Of a stretch of 64,000 nt of DNA, positions 1-11,775 are shown piece by piece. Position 1 is the stretch's first letter; the number at the start of each line of letters is the position of its first letter. The DNA comes from Macrostomum lignano. Lineage: Eukaryota. The DNA lies in the NCBI GenBank assembly GCA_002269645.1, contig NIVC01003207.1:62001-126000 (forward strand), given 5' to 3'. The notes beneath the pieces were generated by a model. That model was not told the DNA's origin. It was given only the letters and a program-made list of their open reading frames with translations, and searched no databases. The position numbers and the translations under genes are program-made.

Positions 1-1
1 T

Positions 2-181
2 AACAACTTAACCCTGCTGATTGATGATGTAGAGTGCGCCAGGATTGACGCGGATCTGAGCTTCTCCATCAGGAAGGTCAGCTGCCTCAGCTACGGAACT
101 TGAGTTCGCCTCGACAATCAGCTAAACACTTACCTCAACTTGTGCCAAGTTGAAGTGCTCGACTTTCCTGCGCTGCCTTAA
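2..181 (+). pseudogene. 3' end of an F-type lectin (fucolectin) exon with an in-frame stop; continues upstream of the window
   Basis: Frame 2 reads NNLTLLIDDVECARIDADLSFSIRKVSCLSYGT*VRLDNQLNTYLNLCQVEVLDFPALP*, collinear with the intact lectin exons. TGA at 101-103 replaces the conserved Arg. Confidence 0.85.
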
Positions 182-313
182 ATTAACTTTAAGAACTTTG
201 TCAATGATATTTGGATAAATTACGATTTCAGTAAGCTCTCATTCTCAAACTTTGTAAAAATATAAAAAATTACCCATAAAATATAGTACCGTAACTGTGA
301 CACAGGATGTTAC

Positions 314-1082
314 GAGTGGCACAGTGACATCCTGAGTGGCACAGTGACATCCTGAGTGGCACAGTGACATCCTGAGTGGCACAGTGACATCCTGAGTAAC
401 ACAGCGACATCCTGAATCCCGAGTGGCACAGTGACATTCTGAATAAAACAGTGACATCCTGAGTGACAAAGTGACATCCTGAGTGACAAAGTCACATCCG
501 GAGCGACACAGTAACATCCTGAGCGAGACAGTGACATCCTGAGTGACACAGTGACATCCTGAGTGACACAGAGACATCCTGAATCCCGAGTGGCACAGTG
601 ACATCCTGAGCGACACAGTGACATCCTGAGTGACACAGTGACATCCTGAATAAAACAGTGATATCCTGAGTGAAACGGTGTCACTCTTAAGGAAACAATA
701 ACATTCTAAGTGATACAGGGACATCCTGAGTGACAAAGTGACATCCTGAGTGACAAAGTGACAATCTGGGTGACACAGTGACATCCTGAGCGACACAGTG
801 ACATCCTGAGCGGCACAGTGACATCCTGAGCGACACAGTGACAATCTGGGTGACACAGTGACATCCTGAGCGACACAGTGACATCCTGAGCGGCACAGTG
901 ACATCCTGAGCGACACAGTGACAATCTGGGTGACACAGTGACATCCTGAGCGACACAGTGACAATCTGGGTGACACAGTGACATCCTGAGCGACACAGTG
1001 ACATCCTGAGCGGCACAGTGACATCCTGAATAACACAGTGACATCCTGAGTGGCACAGTGACATCCTGAGTGACACAGTGAT
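314..1082. repeat. 20-bp minisatellite (GAGTGGCACAGTGACATCCT)n
   Basis: About 38 degenerate tandem units; this array produces the spurious Cys/Val-rich ORFs at 245-1221. Confidence 0.95.
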
Positions 1083-1271
1083 ACTTCTTCTCTGTCACAG
1101 TGAGTGTACCTGCTAACAGTAGCTGTGACACAGTTTCCTTTGTTTGTTGCAGTTGCACCAATGCTTTTGTTTCACCAGAGCCTGATACATATGTATTTGC
1201 GAATGGAAATGAAGAAGTCAACTACATAGCGTAAAAATATGACATTTTTATATGTTTAAAACAACAGAAAT

Positions 1272-2040
1272 AAATCAAGGAAAATCAAGGCCTGTTCGAC
1301 CAAGGTGTTTCCCTGCGTGCTATGGCCAGGCAGCTGGGAAAAGTCGAAAACGTCCGTCCAGCAAGCACTCAGGCGCCTCAGCAGCACTGGCGGCACAGAC
1401 TGTGTCCCAAGACCTGGCAGGGCACTGAAAATTGACCACCGACTGGATCGACAAATTGTGCAAATGTCCGAGTCAAACCGTCGGCTCACCGTTGTGGACA
1501 TCAGCCGTGAACTTCTGGTGTCCAGTGGTGTCCAGCTGCACCCAATGACTGTCCACCGCCGTCTGGTAGCTGCTAGACTGCATGGCCGCATTGCTAGGAA
1601 GAAGCCATTTATCTCCGACAAAAACCGGAAGCGGCGCTTAAACTGAGCAAAGCAGCATGCAAGCTGGACACCCCCAGGACTGGACCAAGGTCATCTGGAG
1701 TGACTAGATGTCATGGTGTGGGCTGCATTCTCCAGAGCTGGGCCTGGGCCAATTACTCTCATTGAAGGCATTGGGCAGTCAGAAGTACCGTGACATCCTC
1801 AGCAGATGCGTTGCCACTGTGTACAGTGGACAGCTTGCAGTTTCAGCAGGACAACGATCTGAAGCACACCTCCAAGGTTGTGAAGGCATGGCTCGCTGAG
1901 AACAACATCCGAGCCATGGACTGCATTGCCAGCGCAGTCACCAGACCTCAATCCAATTGAAAATCTGTGGAACTGGCCGGTCGAGCCGGACATTCAGAGG
2001 CAGCAGCCAGCTTCCCTTGATCAGCTGTACCATATTGTTG
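1272..2040 (+). mobile_element. Degenerate Tc1-family transposase (pseudogene)
   Basis: Across frames: HTH region (PRPGRALKIDHRLDRQIVQ), RIARKKPFIS, WTPQDWTKVIWSD*, FQQDNDLKHTSKVVKAW and PAQSPDLNPIENLW. Stops, frameshifts and an internal deletion are present. Confidence 0.85.
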
Positions 2041-2170
2041 TGCAATCGTGTTTTTTTCGCCCTCCTGCCCCGCCCCAACCCTTCCAGTCTGCCCCACCCC
2101 TCCAATCAATAATCAATGCGTACGCCTGTCACGCCACCTCGCACCACCTCACGCTACCGTACCGTACGTT

Positions 2171-2502
2171 TGTTCTAAAAGTATTCATGTACGCGTAGGT
2201 CAGATAATAAATATAATGAATTTGCTGTCTAGTGGGCAGCCGCGCCCTTGCGTTCTCTTGGTCCTATCGTTGGCTACTTCAAAACAAACTTACTTGTCTA
2301 CCAAAGCACATAGCAAGTGCGAATTGTATCGGCTTTTGCGCGGAAGCATGTGAGTTCTGCTCTGTCGTTTTCCTGCTTCTCCCTGGGACACGGGACAGGG
2401 AGCTGACTGGGGACCTGGGGGTCGCAGCTTCCCAACAGGGTTCAGCTGTAGGCGTCGCTCTCGAGGACGGGGCTCACAACAACTGGTCCCGTGACCAGGA
2501 TT
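2171..2502 (+). mobile_element. Putative 5' LTR (TGTT...AACA, ~2171-2481) and tRNA-His primer-binding site (2484-2502) of a Ty3/gypsy-type element
   Basis: TGGTCCCGTGACCAGGATT follows ...CAACA after 2 nt. Its reverse complement AATCCTGGTCACGGGACCA matches the invertebrate tRNA-His 3' end (AATCCTGGTCACGGCACCA, recalled) at 18/19. The left LTR boundary is tentative. Confidence 0.6.
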
Positions 2503-2618
2503 CCAGTTAGGGTTTCTGTTAGATTTCTGTCTGTGTTGTCTGGGGTAGTGCATTAGTGAATTAGTGATTTAGTGCGTTAGAATTAGTTTTGCGTTAGAAT
2601 TAGTTTGTGCAAGCGATC

Positions 2619-3263
2619 ATGGCCAATTTAGACGATCTTATCGGTGCTTTGACAGCGAGAATCCAGGAGCAGTTAAACGTGGGTCAGCGCGTTCCACGTC
2701 CAAATAAGTATGTGCCGACTCAAGATTTTGCTTTGTGGTTGCAACAGTTTACCACGTACTGCGAGGCTGCTCAGATCCCCGAGGATCAGCGGAAGCAGAA
2801 CTTGCTGAGTCTGTTGGATTTTGGCACGGCTTTTAAAGCAGTGGCCAATCTCGAGCTGGATGATGACTTGGACTACGCAGAGTTTGTGGAGCAGCTGGAG
2901 GCTCGCTTCAGTCAGAATCGCACACCCCAGGACTACAAGACAGAATTTCAAAACAGGAGTCAGAGAGAGGGGGAAGCACTAGAGGACTACGCTGACGCTC
3001 TCAGGGAGCTCATGCGTAAGGCATATCCGGCTCTGCCAGTGGAGCAAAGGGATGAGCTAGCAAAAGACCGATTCTTAAAGGGGATTCGAGTTCCGGACAG
3101 GGTGCTTGAGAATGTCTTGCTGCAGGACCCTGACACGCTGAAGGCCGCAATCCAGCGAGTGCGCCAGACTCTCGCATCGATGAAGCTGCTGGAGGGAAAG
3201 CTCGTATATCGGTACGTCCGGAACACGGTACATCCACCAGACCGTTACGAGCACGGTGACTGA
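2619..3263 (+). CDS. Ty3/gypsy Gag capsid-like ORF (214 aa), 3'-truncated, no pol
   Basis: FALWLQQFTTYCEAAQIPEDQRKQNLLSLL...LEARF...FQNRSQREGEALEDYADALRELMRKAYP...KDRFLKGI is a typical retrotransposon-gag pattern. It lies ~120 bp after the PBS. No zinc knuckle, protease or 3' LTR follows. Confidence 0.8.
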   Translation: MANLDDLIGALTARIQEQLNVGQRVPRPNKYVPTQDFALWLQQFTTYCEAAQIPEDQRKQNLLSLLDFGTAFKAVANLELDDDLDYAEFVEQLEARFSQNRTPQDYKTEFQNRSQREGEALEDYADALRELMRKAYPALPVEQRDELAKDRFLKGIRVPDRVLENVLLQDPDTLKAAIQRVRQTLASMKLLEGKLVYRYVRNTVHPPDRYEHGD

Positions 3264-3483
3264 GCAGTTTAATGCATGGCAATTAAGGACTCCGTTTTTA
3301 AGTACGTAGTACCGTAATTTGAATAACAACCGGAAAATAACAACTTCACATCTTCTTCATGGTGCCTAGTACACTACAATGTTAAAAACGGCATTTTAGA
3401 ATATTGAGGTAGAAAAATCCCAGATGTGACGAAATCTACAAGTACGATGTACAAGTACTCTATCGTTCGAGTGGCGCGCTAGA

Positions 3484-3700
3484 ACCAGAGCCTTTAGCAC
3501 CAGGGGCTTTAGCACCAGGGCCTTTAGCACCAAAGGCTTTAGCACCAGGGGCTTTAGCACCAGGGGCTTTAGCACCAGGGGCTTTAGCACCAGGGTCTTT
3601 AGCACCAGGGGCTTTAGCACCAGGGGCTTTAGCACCAGGGGCTTTAGCACCAGGGGCTTTAGCACCAGGGGCGCCAGCACCAGGGGCGCCAGCACCAGGG
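3484..3700. repeat. 15-bp minisatellite (AGCACCAGGGGCTTT)n
   Basis: About 14 tandem units; explains the LKPLV and GAKAP repeat ORFs. Confidence 0.95.
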
Positions 3701-3985
3701 ATGCCAAAGTTGCTGCAATAAGAATGCCATTTGCTTCTGACAATCAAATTGGAGAGGGAGGGCTGCGGCCTATGATCATGGTAATGGCAGGAGAGACGCG
3801 CTGTGCATGTTGCGACCCTGCTTTCCTATAGGCAGCTCAACGGAGTAGCACTCAGGAGTGGTGCAGAAGTTTTAGCAGTTTTTAAAGCTGGAGGAGAATT
3901 TGAGTCTAAAAACTGACTCATTATATAGTATCATACAATACTACATATATCATTATATAGTATTTTATCCCACTGTCAGTGAATA

Positions 3986-4100
3986 CTTGCGTCGGCTACG
4001 GCAGTCGGGTTCGCCTCATCAGTCGCTTGCGTGGTGTGGCTTTCAGCCTGTGCGAAGACGAGGTGCTCGGGCTTCCCCGCTTCTGTGCTGCCTTAGAAGT
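3986..4100 (+). pseudogene. Isolated 3' fragment of an F-type lectin exon
   Basis: CVGYGSRVRLISRLRGVAFSLCEDEVLG followed by a frameshifted SALP* end (gctgccttag). The 5' part of the exon is absent. Confidence 0.8.
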
Positions 4101-4349
4101 CCGATCTAAATGGAGCTTTTTCCGCATCGCTAATATGCAAAACCAGATTAAACCGGAAAAAAACCTGCACTAATAAAGTACAGTGACATTTGTTAAACGT
4201 CTGAAGATAACTGAAACATTGTCTATCGTCCTGACTTTTACTGTTTTAAAATAAAGGAGATGTTTGGTTTCAGGCTTTGTTGTGTTTGACGATTGTTTTC
4301 CTAATCATTTCTGCATGAATTTTAATATCATAGGGACGACTTCCATGTA

Positions 4350-4890
4350 TTCCAAATGAAAGCATCAATTTTTGACGAATTTTTGTCTCTGTGCTAAAAG
4401 AGGTACAAGTTTTGAGCTAAAATGTCGCGGACTCCAATTATTTACCAGGACATATCGAATGAGATGAGCTTGGAAGTTCTGAATGACCAAGCTGGATACT
4501 TTGCTAAGTACACTATCGAACAGTTCGGAAGATGCTTCGGCGATTACTCCATCAAACAGTAGCACAGTAGCCTTTGCAGTAACAGAACAAACATTTGAAA
4601 TATACGAGCGTAAGTACAGCTGTTCGTTAGCCGATGTTTGCCAACTGTAGCTTTGATAGTTATACTTGTAATTTATAATACTTAAGGTCTTGTAATTAAT
4701 TAATTCTATCTGTCACTGTATTAACTATATTTGACGGGCTATGCATTCACACTTGTGTTAAATATACGTTTGTTGTTTTGTCTATGTGATTTGAAAGCCA
4801 GAAATACGAGCGTAATTGAGTTTTTTAGACATGGACTTCTCTAGCCTAGCATCTGGACCGGAAGACTTTTCCGAGTCTTAAAACATGAAG
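4350..4890 (-). repeat. Dispersed repeat, copy 1 (inverted relative to 54530-55100)
   Basis: Reverse complement aligns collinearly with 54530-55100, e.g. catggacttctctagcctagcatctggaccggaagacttttccgagtc and ttccgaactgttcgat. Confidence 0.7.
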
Positions 4891-6503
4891 CCACAGATTT
4901 CCCAGCTGATGAAATCTGTCAGGGGCAGATGGTACCGCACAATATCTACTAGTGTATAGGTTCACGTCATGTTCATGTAGGAATGGTTAATCATTAATGT
5001 AATTTGGAAAAGACGCTAAAAAATTAGGTGTACTCAAAATTGTTAATTATATACTTCGATGCTTTTCAGGATGTCAAAAGCGAGTGTTTTCTGAAACAAT
5101 TCAGGGCCTTAAAAATATTTCACTTGGAGATTATGTCAACGACTAAATGGACTCTTTCTCTTTTCCGTAAGCTACTTCTCCAAATTCACGTGACGTCAAA
5201 CTTTACCCCACCCCACCTTAAGCCGCGCAACAACCCCATTTTAGTAGCCAATCACGGTACGGCCAGGCAGGTGACGTCACTCGGTTGCTTGGCGACGTCG
5301 ATCGAAGGCAGTTCAAAGTTCTGTGATTCACGAGTCATGCCTATCGTACGCGATTTCAGCGCTTTTTAGAAAGCCCATCTTCCATGCCGTTTATGACTCC
5401 TGCGGCTCCTTTTCGACTCGTTCGGCTCTACGTCAACCCACTTATTGGTTATTCTCTTGGACCTGTACTCGTTCCCGCACCCTCACCCTGGACGAGACCT
5501 GGTTAAGCTTTTGAAATTATTAGATAATTAATTGTACTTCCAGCTCCTTTGGTAACCCGTATACCTATATCGTCAATAAATACTTAGTGAAATCGGACGC
5601 ATCATTGACGATTAAGTGCAGAAATCAAACTTCTTGATTGTTACTTCTAGTAATTAGCTCAACTAGATGTAGAGGAGAAACTGAGGTTAAAATACTGTAA
5701 AATTGGCCGATTTAACGCAACAATACTGTATATGTCTAACTAAAGTACAAATGCAACCTAGTTTTAAAATGAAGGCCCTTAGATGCGGAGTCAGGATAGC
5801 TCATACCTAATCGAAAAAGCAAAGCCTTGTTTGATACCGCTCTCTTGATCAAAAGAACCCCCTTGTTAAGTCCTCGTTATGGCATTTGTCTACGCTAGCA
5901 TGGTTTCAAATTTGTTGGGAGCCAATCAATCAATTTGATGGAAAAATTGATACAGTAATGATGAGTTTATTCATCTGTCAAATGACATACTCGTATCGGT
6001 TTAGAAGCTACGAGTATACGCATAGAATTCATATAATAATGTTGACTCGAGGGTCGCCTGATGGTAATATGATATCCCCGTCTGTACGAGTACCGGTATG
6101 GTCCGCAGGAGGTTCCGCCATTGAAGTAACTACTAAGCCAGGGAAGCGACAGGTAAACCTGCTTCAGTTCTCATATTAGAATTTTTGTGACAGTTTCCAA
6201 TTCAATGGAGAATAGGAGAAGAGTCACTCAAGAATTCTTTTTGGAAATTATACAGCTGTACAGCGTAATGTCTACACACTTTTCTGCTTTTCACATGAAT
6301 GTGTCAAACCGTCTTTTTCTTAACAATGACAGTTAAAGAGGCGAGAAAAAACTGATAATTGTAAAAGAACGTATTCCGGAGGATGCGGTGAAGGATACGT
6401 AGTGACCAAATAGCTAATACTGAACCTACTAAAGCTGGATAAAAACCCCAACCTTCAGTGCAACTCAGCAGCGGAGAGAGAAGAGGCTTTGTAAGAACTA
6501 GAA

Positions 6504-7389
6504 ATGAAACATATTGGCATTCTAGTCATTTCTGCATGGTTAGTTAGCACCAACGCTGGAGTCGCAGGCAATGACCCCGGCAGCTGCGCCAACCAGAAGA
6601 TGTTCTCTTTAGCCCAGCCCCACAGCCTGACGGTTCCGCAGTCCTTCAAGTCCGTGCAGGCAATTGGCAGCGAGCTGCAGTGCTCTCTGCAGTGCAGAGC
6701 CCAGTCCGGTGTCTGCTTCGGCTTCTACTGGCAAGAGGCGAGTCTGTCGTGCCAGCTGTTCAGCATCGCTGCGTTCTTCAGCAAGTCGCTGTGGCAGCCG
6801 AACGACAAGCCGGTCGACGTCTTCGCGAAGCCGTTCGACTGTGAGTTTTACACGGAACCGTTTGTTAAATATGCGCGTTAGAGAACAATAGGGATGCAGT
6901 AAACAATCTGCAATCCAGGGATTAACTACAGTCTATTGTCTCTTTGATTTCGCAGTTTTTGCTGTTTCAGCGTCAGCAGAATCCATCCTGACTGTTCAAC
7001 GCTGCAGTCAGATCTCTACTTCCTGGAGCGCACCCTGCGGTCTAGCAATCGATGGTAACACGGATCAGAACTTTTACGGAGGCTCCTGCACCCACACCGG
7101 CGGAGGCGACTTCCAGTGGTGGCAGGCCGACCTCGCTCAGCAGTCCCGCATCACGGCAGTCCGCATCTTCAACAGACAGGACTGCTGCGCTCAGAGGCTC
7201 AACAACTTCACCCTGCTGGTTGACGATATCGAGTGCGCCAGGGTGGACGTAGCTCAGAGCTTCTCCATCAAGACGGTCAGCTGCCTCGGCTACGGTAGTC
7301 GGGTTCGCCTCGTCAGTCGCTTGCGTGATGTGGTGTTCAGCCTGTGCGAAGTTGAGGTTCTCGGCTTCACCGTCTCTGCGCTGCCTTAG
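6504..7389 (+). CDS. Secreted PAN/Apple + F-type lectin, copy 1 (exons 6504-6840 and 6971-7389; alternative in-frame acceptor at 6956; 251-256 aa)
   Basis: Signal peptide MKHIGILVISAWLVSTNAG. PAN-type Cys pattern (SELQCSLQCRAQSGVCFGFYWQEASLSC). Phase-1 GTGAGT..CAG intron. Second exon carries the canonical fucose-binding motif H-x26-R-x-D-x4-R (H...RQDCCAQR) and ends in an intact stop. Confidence 0.9.
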
Positions 7390-9276
7390 GCTATTAATTA
7401 AGCCTAATTAATAATTAATTAATTAATTAATTTTCGAGATGATGCACTAGCAATATGGAAAATATCAAGTTCTTTATTCGTCTCGAGCTCATTTCTAAGA
7501 AAATCTGAGCGTAGCGTTCTTCAACTTCAGTTGTCTAGTAAAAAATTCTGTTCAACAGCTTGACAATATAGGAGAACGGAGAACCCTTTTCAACTCAAAT
7601 AAAGTTTTATATGCGTGTCCGAATAACCATGTCCGGTTTCAGTGTGTCCGTTTGACTGTGTGGCTTGAAGGTAAAATTTCATAAAAACTCGAAATAAACC
7701 AAAAACAATAGATAGCATAAAAGTCATATTTCTGCTTCTAACAAAAAGGACTAATGATCAAGTCAATTTATTAATCTGGGTTTTCTATCACTTATTTATA
7801 CAGCTGAAGATGTTTTTATTCATCAATCGATCAATCATTCGATTTATCGATCACTCAGCTTAAAGCTTTGAGAAGCGTTGTACGGAGACGCGGAGAACGA
7901 ACGTTTTTTAGATTTCTGGGTGGGGGGAATCTGTAATGACTCGAGAACGAAGTCTTGATTCGCTATGCACTGGGAATTGGCTCCCGAGTGGCAGACAGGA
8001 ATAAGAGATGTAAACCAAACCGTATCGTCTAGCTTCGCCATATATTTGCGGGCTCCTGGGCCCCAACATAGCCAGGCGCGCTGTGGCACGATGCATGGAA
8101 CACGCGTACGAATGGTGCATACGTAGCATGGGGGAAGTGTTCAGAAGGGGTGACTCCGGTGAGTCAGTGAGGGGAACAAACAGAGTGCAAACAAACATAG
8201 TCAGTGGGAGCGGCAGACCATATGGCCAGGGCTGCGGAGCGATTCCCAGCCCAGGCCATCACAGAATCGACCAGGCTAGAAAACAGGTAACTGCAAGAAG
8301 ATACTATACAATGAAAGTCTATTTTTTAGTTTTTCAGCTGCCTGCTTTCTCAGGTGTTTCAGCTTCCAGTTTCAGTTTCAGCTTCAGGTGTTTCAGCTGT
8401 TTCAACTTTCTCAGGTGTCGGTAAACAACCAATTATTATCAGCTAGTTTGAGTAGCCAAATTGCAGCTCATTCCATTATCTTCATCAACTGGCACCAGTT
8501 AAAACAGCATAGCAACACTTCTAGGGGAAAATTGTTGCATTTCTGGTGCAGAAGCACTGTTTAACGACTTTAGACGCAATGGAAAACCAGGGAGAGCCAG
8601 TACTACACTGTGGATTTCATACAAAATATTGACTCTAATTGAGTGCGTTGCAATCTGTGCACTCTTGTTTGCTAACCTATAATTGCTTTGCTCGCCATCT
8701 TATTGACAATAAGTTGTGTAAGCTAGACTGTTGTAATTAAAGTTTGTTATTGGTATTTTAGAAATTTGCTTATTACTGCGGAAAAGCAAAATGAATAGAG
8801 AAGAGACATGATCGAACCATAAGCTAGTGGGTCAGATTGCTATTGTGAAGTTCGAAAGGGTCGGTTTGCCGACCCCTGCCCTACTGTCTGCCTTGATAAC
8901 GACGGTGTTAGGGTTACAGACCTCCGTGCGGCTTCGGGATCTCTTCCAGGAGGATTTGGACACGTTTTAAAAAACTGTGGACTCTGGCCCCAGCGATCGC
9001 AGGGTACAGCATCGCATGTAGTATATCTACCACTTATGACTGTGAGTTCTAAGAAACAGATAAGAACACAATTGACACTAACAATCAGAGGAAGTTATAA
9101 AGGTGACTTAATTCGAAGAAGAAGAAGTAAAACGCATAATTGAGAGGATTCATATTGAGGTCCAGTCAGAGCCCATTGCAATGACTGTCATCTTGTTGTG
9201 CTCAAGGTGTGCAGTGGTCCACAAACGGTCCTCATCTCGCAAGGAACAGCTACATCCAATAGAGATTCCTGAAAGC

Positions 9277-9278
<2 letters not shown>

Positions 9279-9314
<36 letters not shown>
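9279..9314. repeat. (AG)n microsatellite
   Basis: About 18 perfect AG units. Confidence 0.95.
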
Positions 9315-9316
<2 letters not shown>

Positions 9317-9906
9317 GACTGCACCTCAATTCGGACCCCATCCCGAAGTGCCATGAGTAAACATATTGACAGACAGAAAAACTCAATCAAAGCTGTCTTA
9401 GTTTATAGTTTACTTAAAATTGCAGAATTTGCAAAACTGCATTATGTGCAGATTTCGCTCGTCTTGTTTATCTCTTCGTTTCAACCGGACCCTCACCTCA
9501 CGGGAGACTGAGGCCTGAATGACCACGACGCTTCAACAAACGGCTTCAGATTGGAGCCACCTTACCAACAGGTTTAGTTAGCTGGGCTAGACGGGAGAGG
9601 TACAGCAATGCATCAATGGTGGGGCTTTTGCTTTAGCATTGTGGAGAGGGCGGGAAGAGGGAATCGAGTTAACGTATTGAGAGTTTATTAAGAATGTAAA
9701 TAACAAAATATGATGGGGCCGACAAACTATGACTTCAGAAATCAGACTGAAAAAACCAAATGGTCCACATATATGGGCCCACAACCCGGTTACATTTAGT
9801 AAAAATAACGAATTAAAATGAGAAAAAGGAACTCAAAAGAGAGTTTAACAGGATCATTAGAAAACCCTAGGCTGATTTTTCATCAAGACTCATTCAGTCG
9901 GTCCAA

Positions 9907-11044
9907 CTAAGGCAGCGCAGAGACGGTGAAGCCGAGCAGCTCAACTTCGCACAGGCTGAACACCCAACCAGGCAAGCGACTGACGAGGCGAACCCGACTG
10001 CCGTAGCCGAGGCAGCTGACCGTCTTGATGGAGAAGCTCGGATCCGCGTCCACCCTGGCGCACTCGATATCGTCAACCAGCAGGGTGAAGTTGTTGAGCC
10101 TCTGAGCGCAGCAGTCCTGCCTGTTGAAGATGCGGACTGCCGTGATGCGGGACTGCTGAGCGAGGTCGGCCTGCCACCAATGGAAAACGCCTCCTTCGGT
10201 GTGGGTGCAGGAGCCTCCGTGAAAGTTCTGATTCGTGTTGCCATCGATTGCTCGACCACAGGCTGCGCTCCCGTGAGTAGAGATCTGACTGCAGCGTTGA
10301 ACAGTCAGGATGGCTTCTGCTGACGCTGCAACAGAGACATTGGGCGGAATAAGTGCGAGTTTTGATGAGAAACTCCAGTTGTACTTTTATGTCCTTTTAT
10401 GCTTCGCTCGGGTTGGGATGGGGCTTGCTTAGAAATTTGTCGCGGAAAATTTACGGTGATTCAACAAGGCGGGACAGGAGCTCTGTGGGACGGACCCATG
10501 GGACTTGCGGTTTTGGACTGGGAGCACCTGGGGTAGCTCTCACACACGTACGTTGCGATCAGGCTGGAGTTATGAAAATTCAAAACTGCTTCTGTCGGTA
10601 CTGCAGCAACCAAAGCGAAGGACAGATATTTGAATATGAGCTTGGAATCTCTGTGATTACAGGCCAAAATATTTCCCTTAAATCATCTATGCCATTGCAT
10701 TCAAACTCACAGTCGAACGGCTTCGCGAAGACGTCGACCGGCTTGTCGTTCGGCTGCCACAGCGACTTGCTGAAGAACGCAGCGATGCTGAACAGCTGGC
10801 ACGACAGACTTGCCTCTTGCCAGTAGAAGCCGAAGCAGACACCGGACTGGGCCCGGCACTGCAGAGAGCACTGCAGCTCGCTGCCAACTGCCTGCACGGA
10901 CTTGAAGGACTGCGGCACCGTCAGGCTGTGGGGCAGGACTAAAGAGAACAGCTTCTGGTTGGCGCAGCTGCCGGGGTCATCGCCTGTGACTGTCGAGCAG
11001 GTTGTCGCCAGCAGAGCGAATGCGGCTGTGAGGAGCCTCAGCAT
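9907..11044 (-). CDS. Secreted PAN/Apple + F-type lectin, copy 2 (exons 11044-10711 and 10325-9907; 250 aa)
   Basis: MLRLLTAAFALLATTCS signal, same PAN exon, phase-1 intron GTGAGT...TTGCAG. The lectin exon is open with H-x26-RQDCCAQR. The two exon lengths sum to a multiple of 3. Confidence 0.9.
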
Positions 11045-11656
11045 CTCTAGAGTTTGAACTTTTGGAGCTTGAAATATGTTTACTCGCACCCCACTGTTGG
11101 CTGCTTTTGTAGCTTTTGCAAGCCGCCCTGGCCACTTTTTGTTGCCAAATTAGTGCCGCTCAGTTCTGCCCGCGTTATACTGTATACTTAGAAGCCGGCC
11201 TTCAAAGCGTTGCTATGAGGTGAAATTGGAAGCATAACAAGGTGGAGAGAATGGTCTGAAGCCCCACGTGCGCCATTAATAAGTTTTCCCACAGAGCCGT
11301 TGCTTGAATACAGCAACATTTCAAGTCGTTAGTTCCAACGACGACTTTGCATCCAACAGAACTTGGGGTGGCTACATTGTCTTTGTCAATGGAATGCATT
11401 GCCACTGCATTTTTAATTGGGTATCTATCTTCCACAGCCGTGCATTTCAAAATCAACGTGGGCCTCTCAAACTCTAGTCCCCTTAGACGGCTTAGAGATT
11501 GGCAGTCAATCTGCTTATAGGCAAGATTCCAACTGCTTTCTACTGAAGTGTTTTGCATTCTCAGCTGAGAGAACGTTGCATAGATTTTGTTATTATACCA
11601 GGTAAACAGTAAGGCAAACAGAAAGACTGACTGACAGACATACAGTCGGATGGACC

Positions 11657-11775
11657 GACAGGTAGACACAAAGTTAGAGAAAACAGAATAAACCAGACAG
11701 ACATTGAAGACAGGTAGACACAAAGTTACAGAAAACAGAATAAACCAGACAGACATTGAAGACAGGTAGACAGAC
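11657..11775. repeat. 52-bp tandem duplication (about 2.2 copies)
   Basis: gacaggtagacacaaagtt... starts at 11657, 11709 and 11761. Confidence 0.85.

Noticed and set aside
314-1082. CRISPR-like regular repeats (also the 23-30-bp arrays)
   Set aside because: Units are contiguous with no unique spacers, there are no cas genes, and the context is eukaryotic.
245-1221. Cys/Val-rich ORFs up to 263 aa
   Set aside because: Translations of the 20-bp tandem repeat, open in several frames, with no unique coding sequence.
3396-3747. Collagen-like GAKAP or LKPLV repeat proteins
   Set aside because: Artefact of a 15-bp minisatellite; no splice or start context.
3805-3855. Conserved motif gttgcga..taggcagctc..caacggag shared with ~51306 and ~58631 as a lectin promoter element
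   Set aside because: Its orientation relative to the lectin sequence differs between loci; more likely a small dispersed repeat.
5190-5300. Two TGACGTCA (CRE) sites and a CCAAT box
   Set aside because: About 1.2 kb from the nearest start codon in repeat-like DNA; no evidence they are functional.
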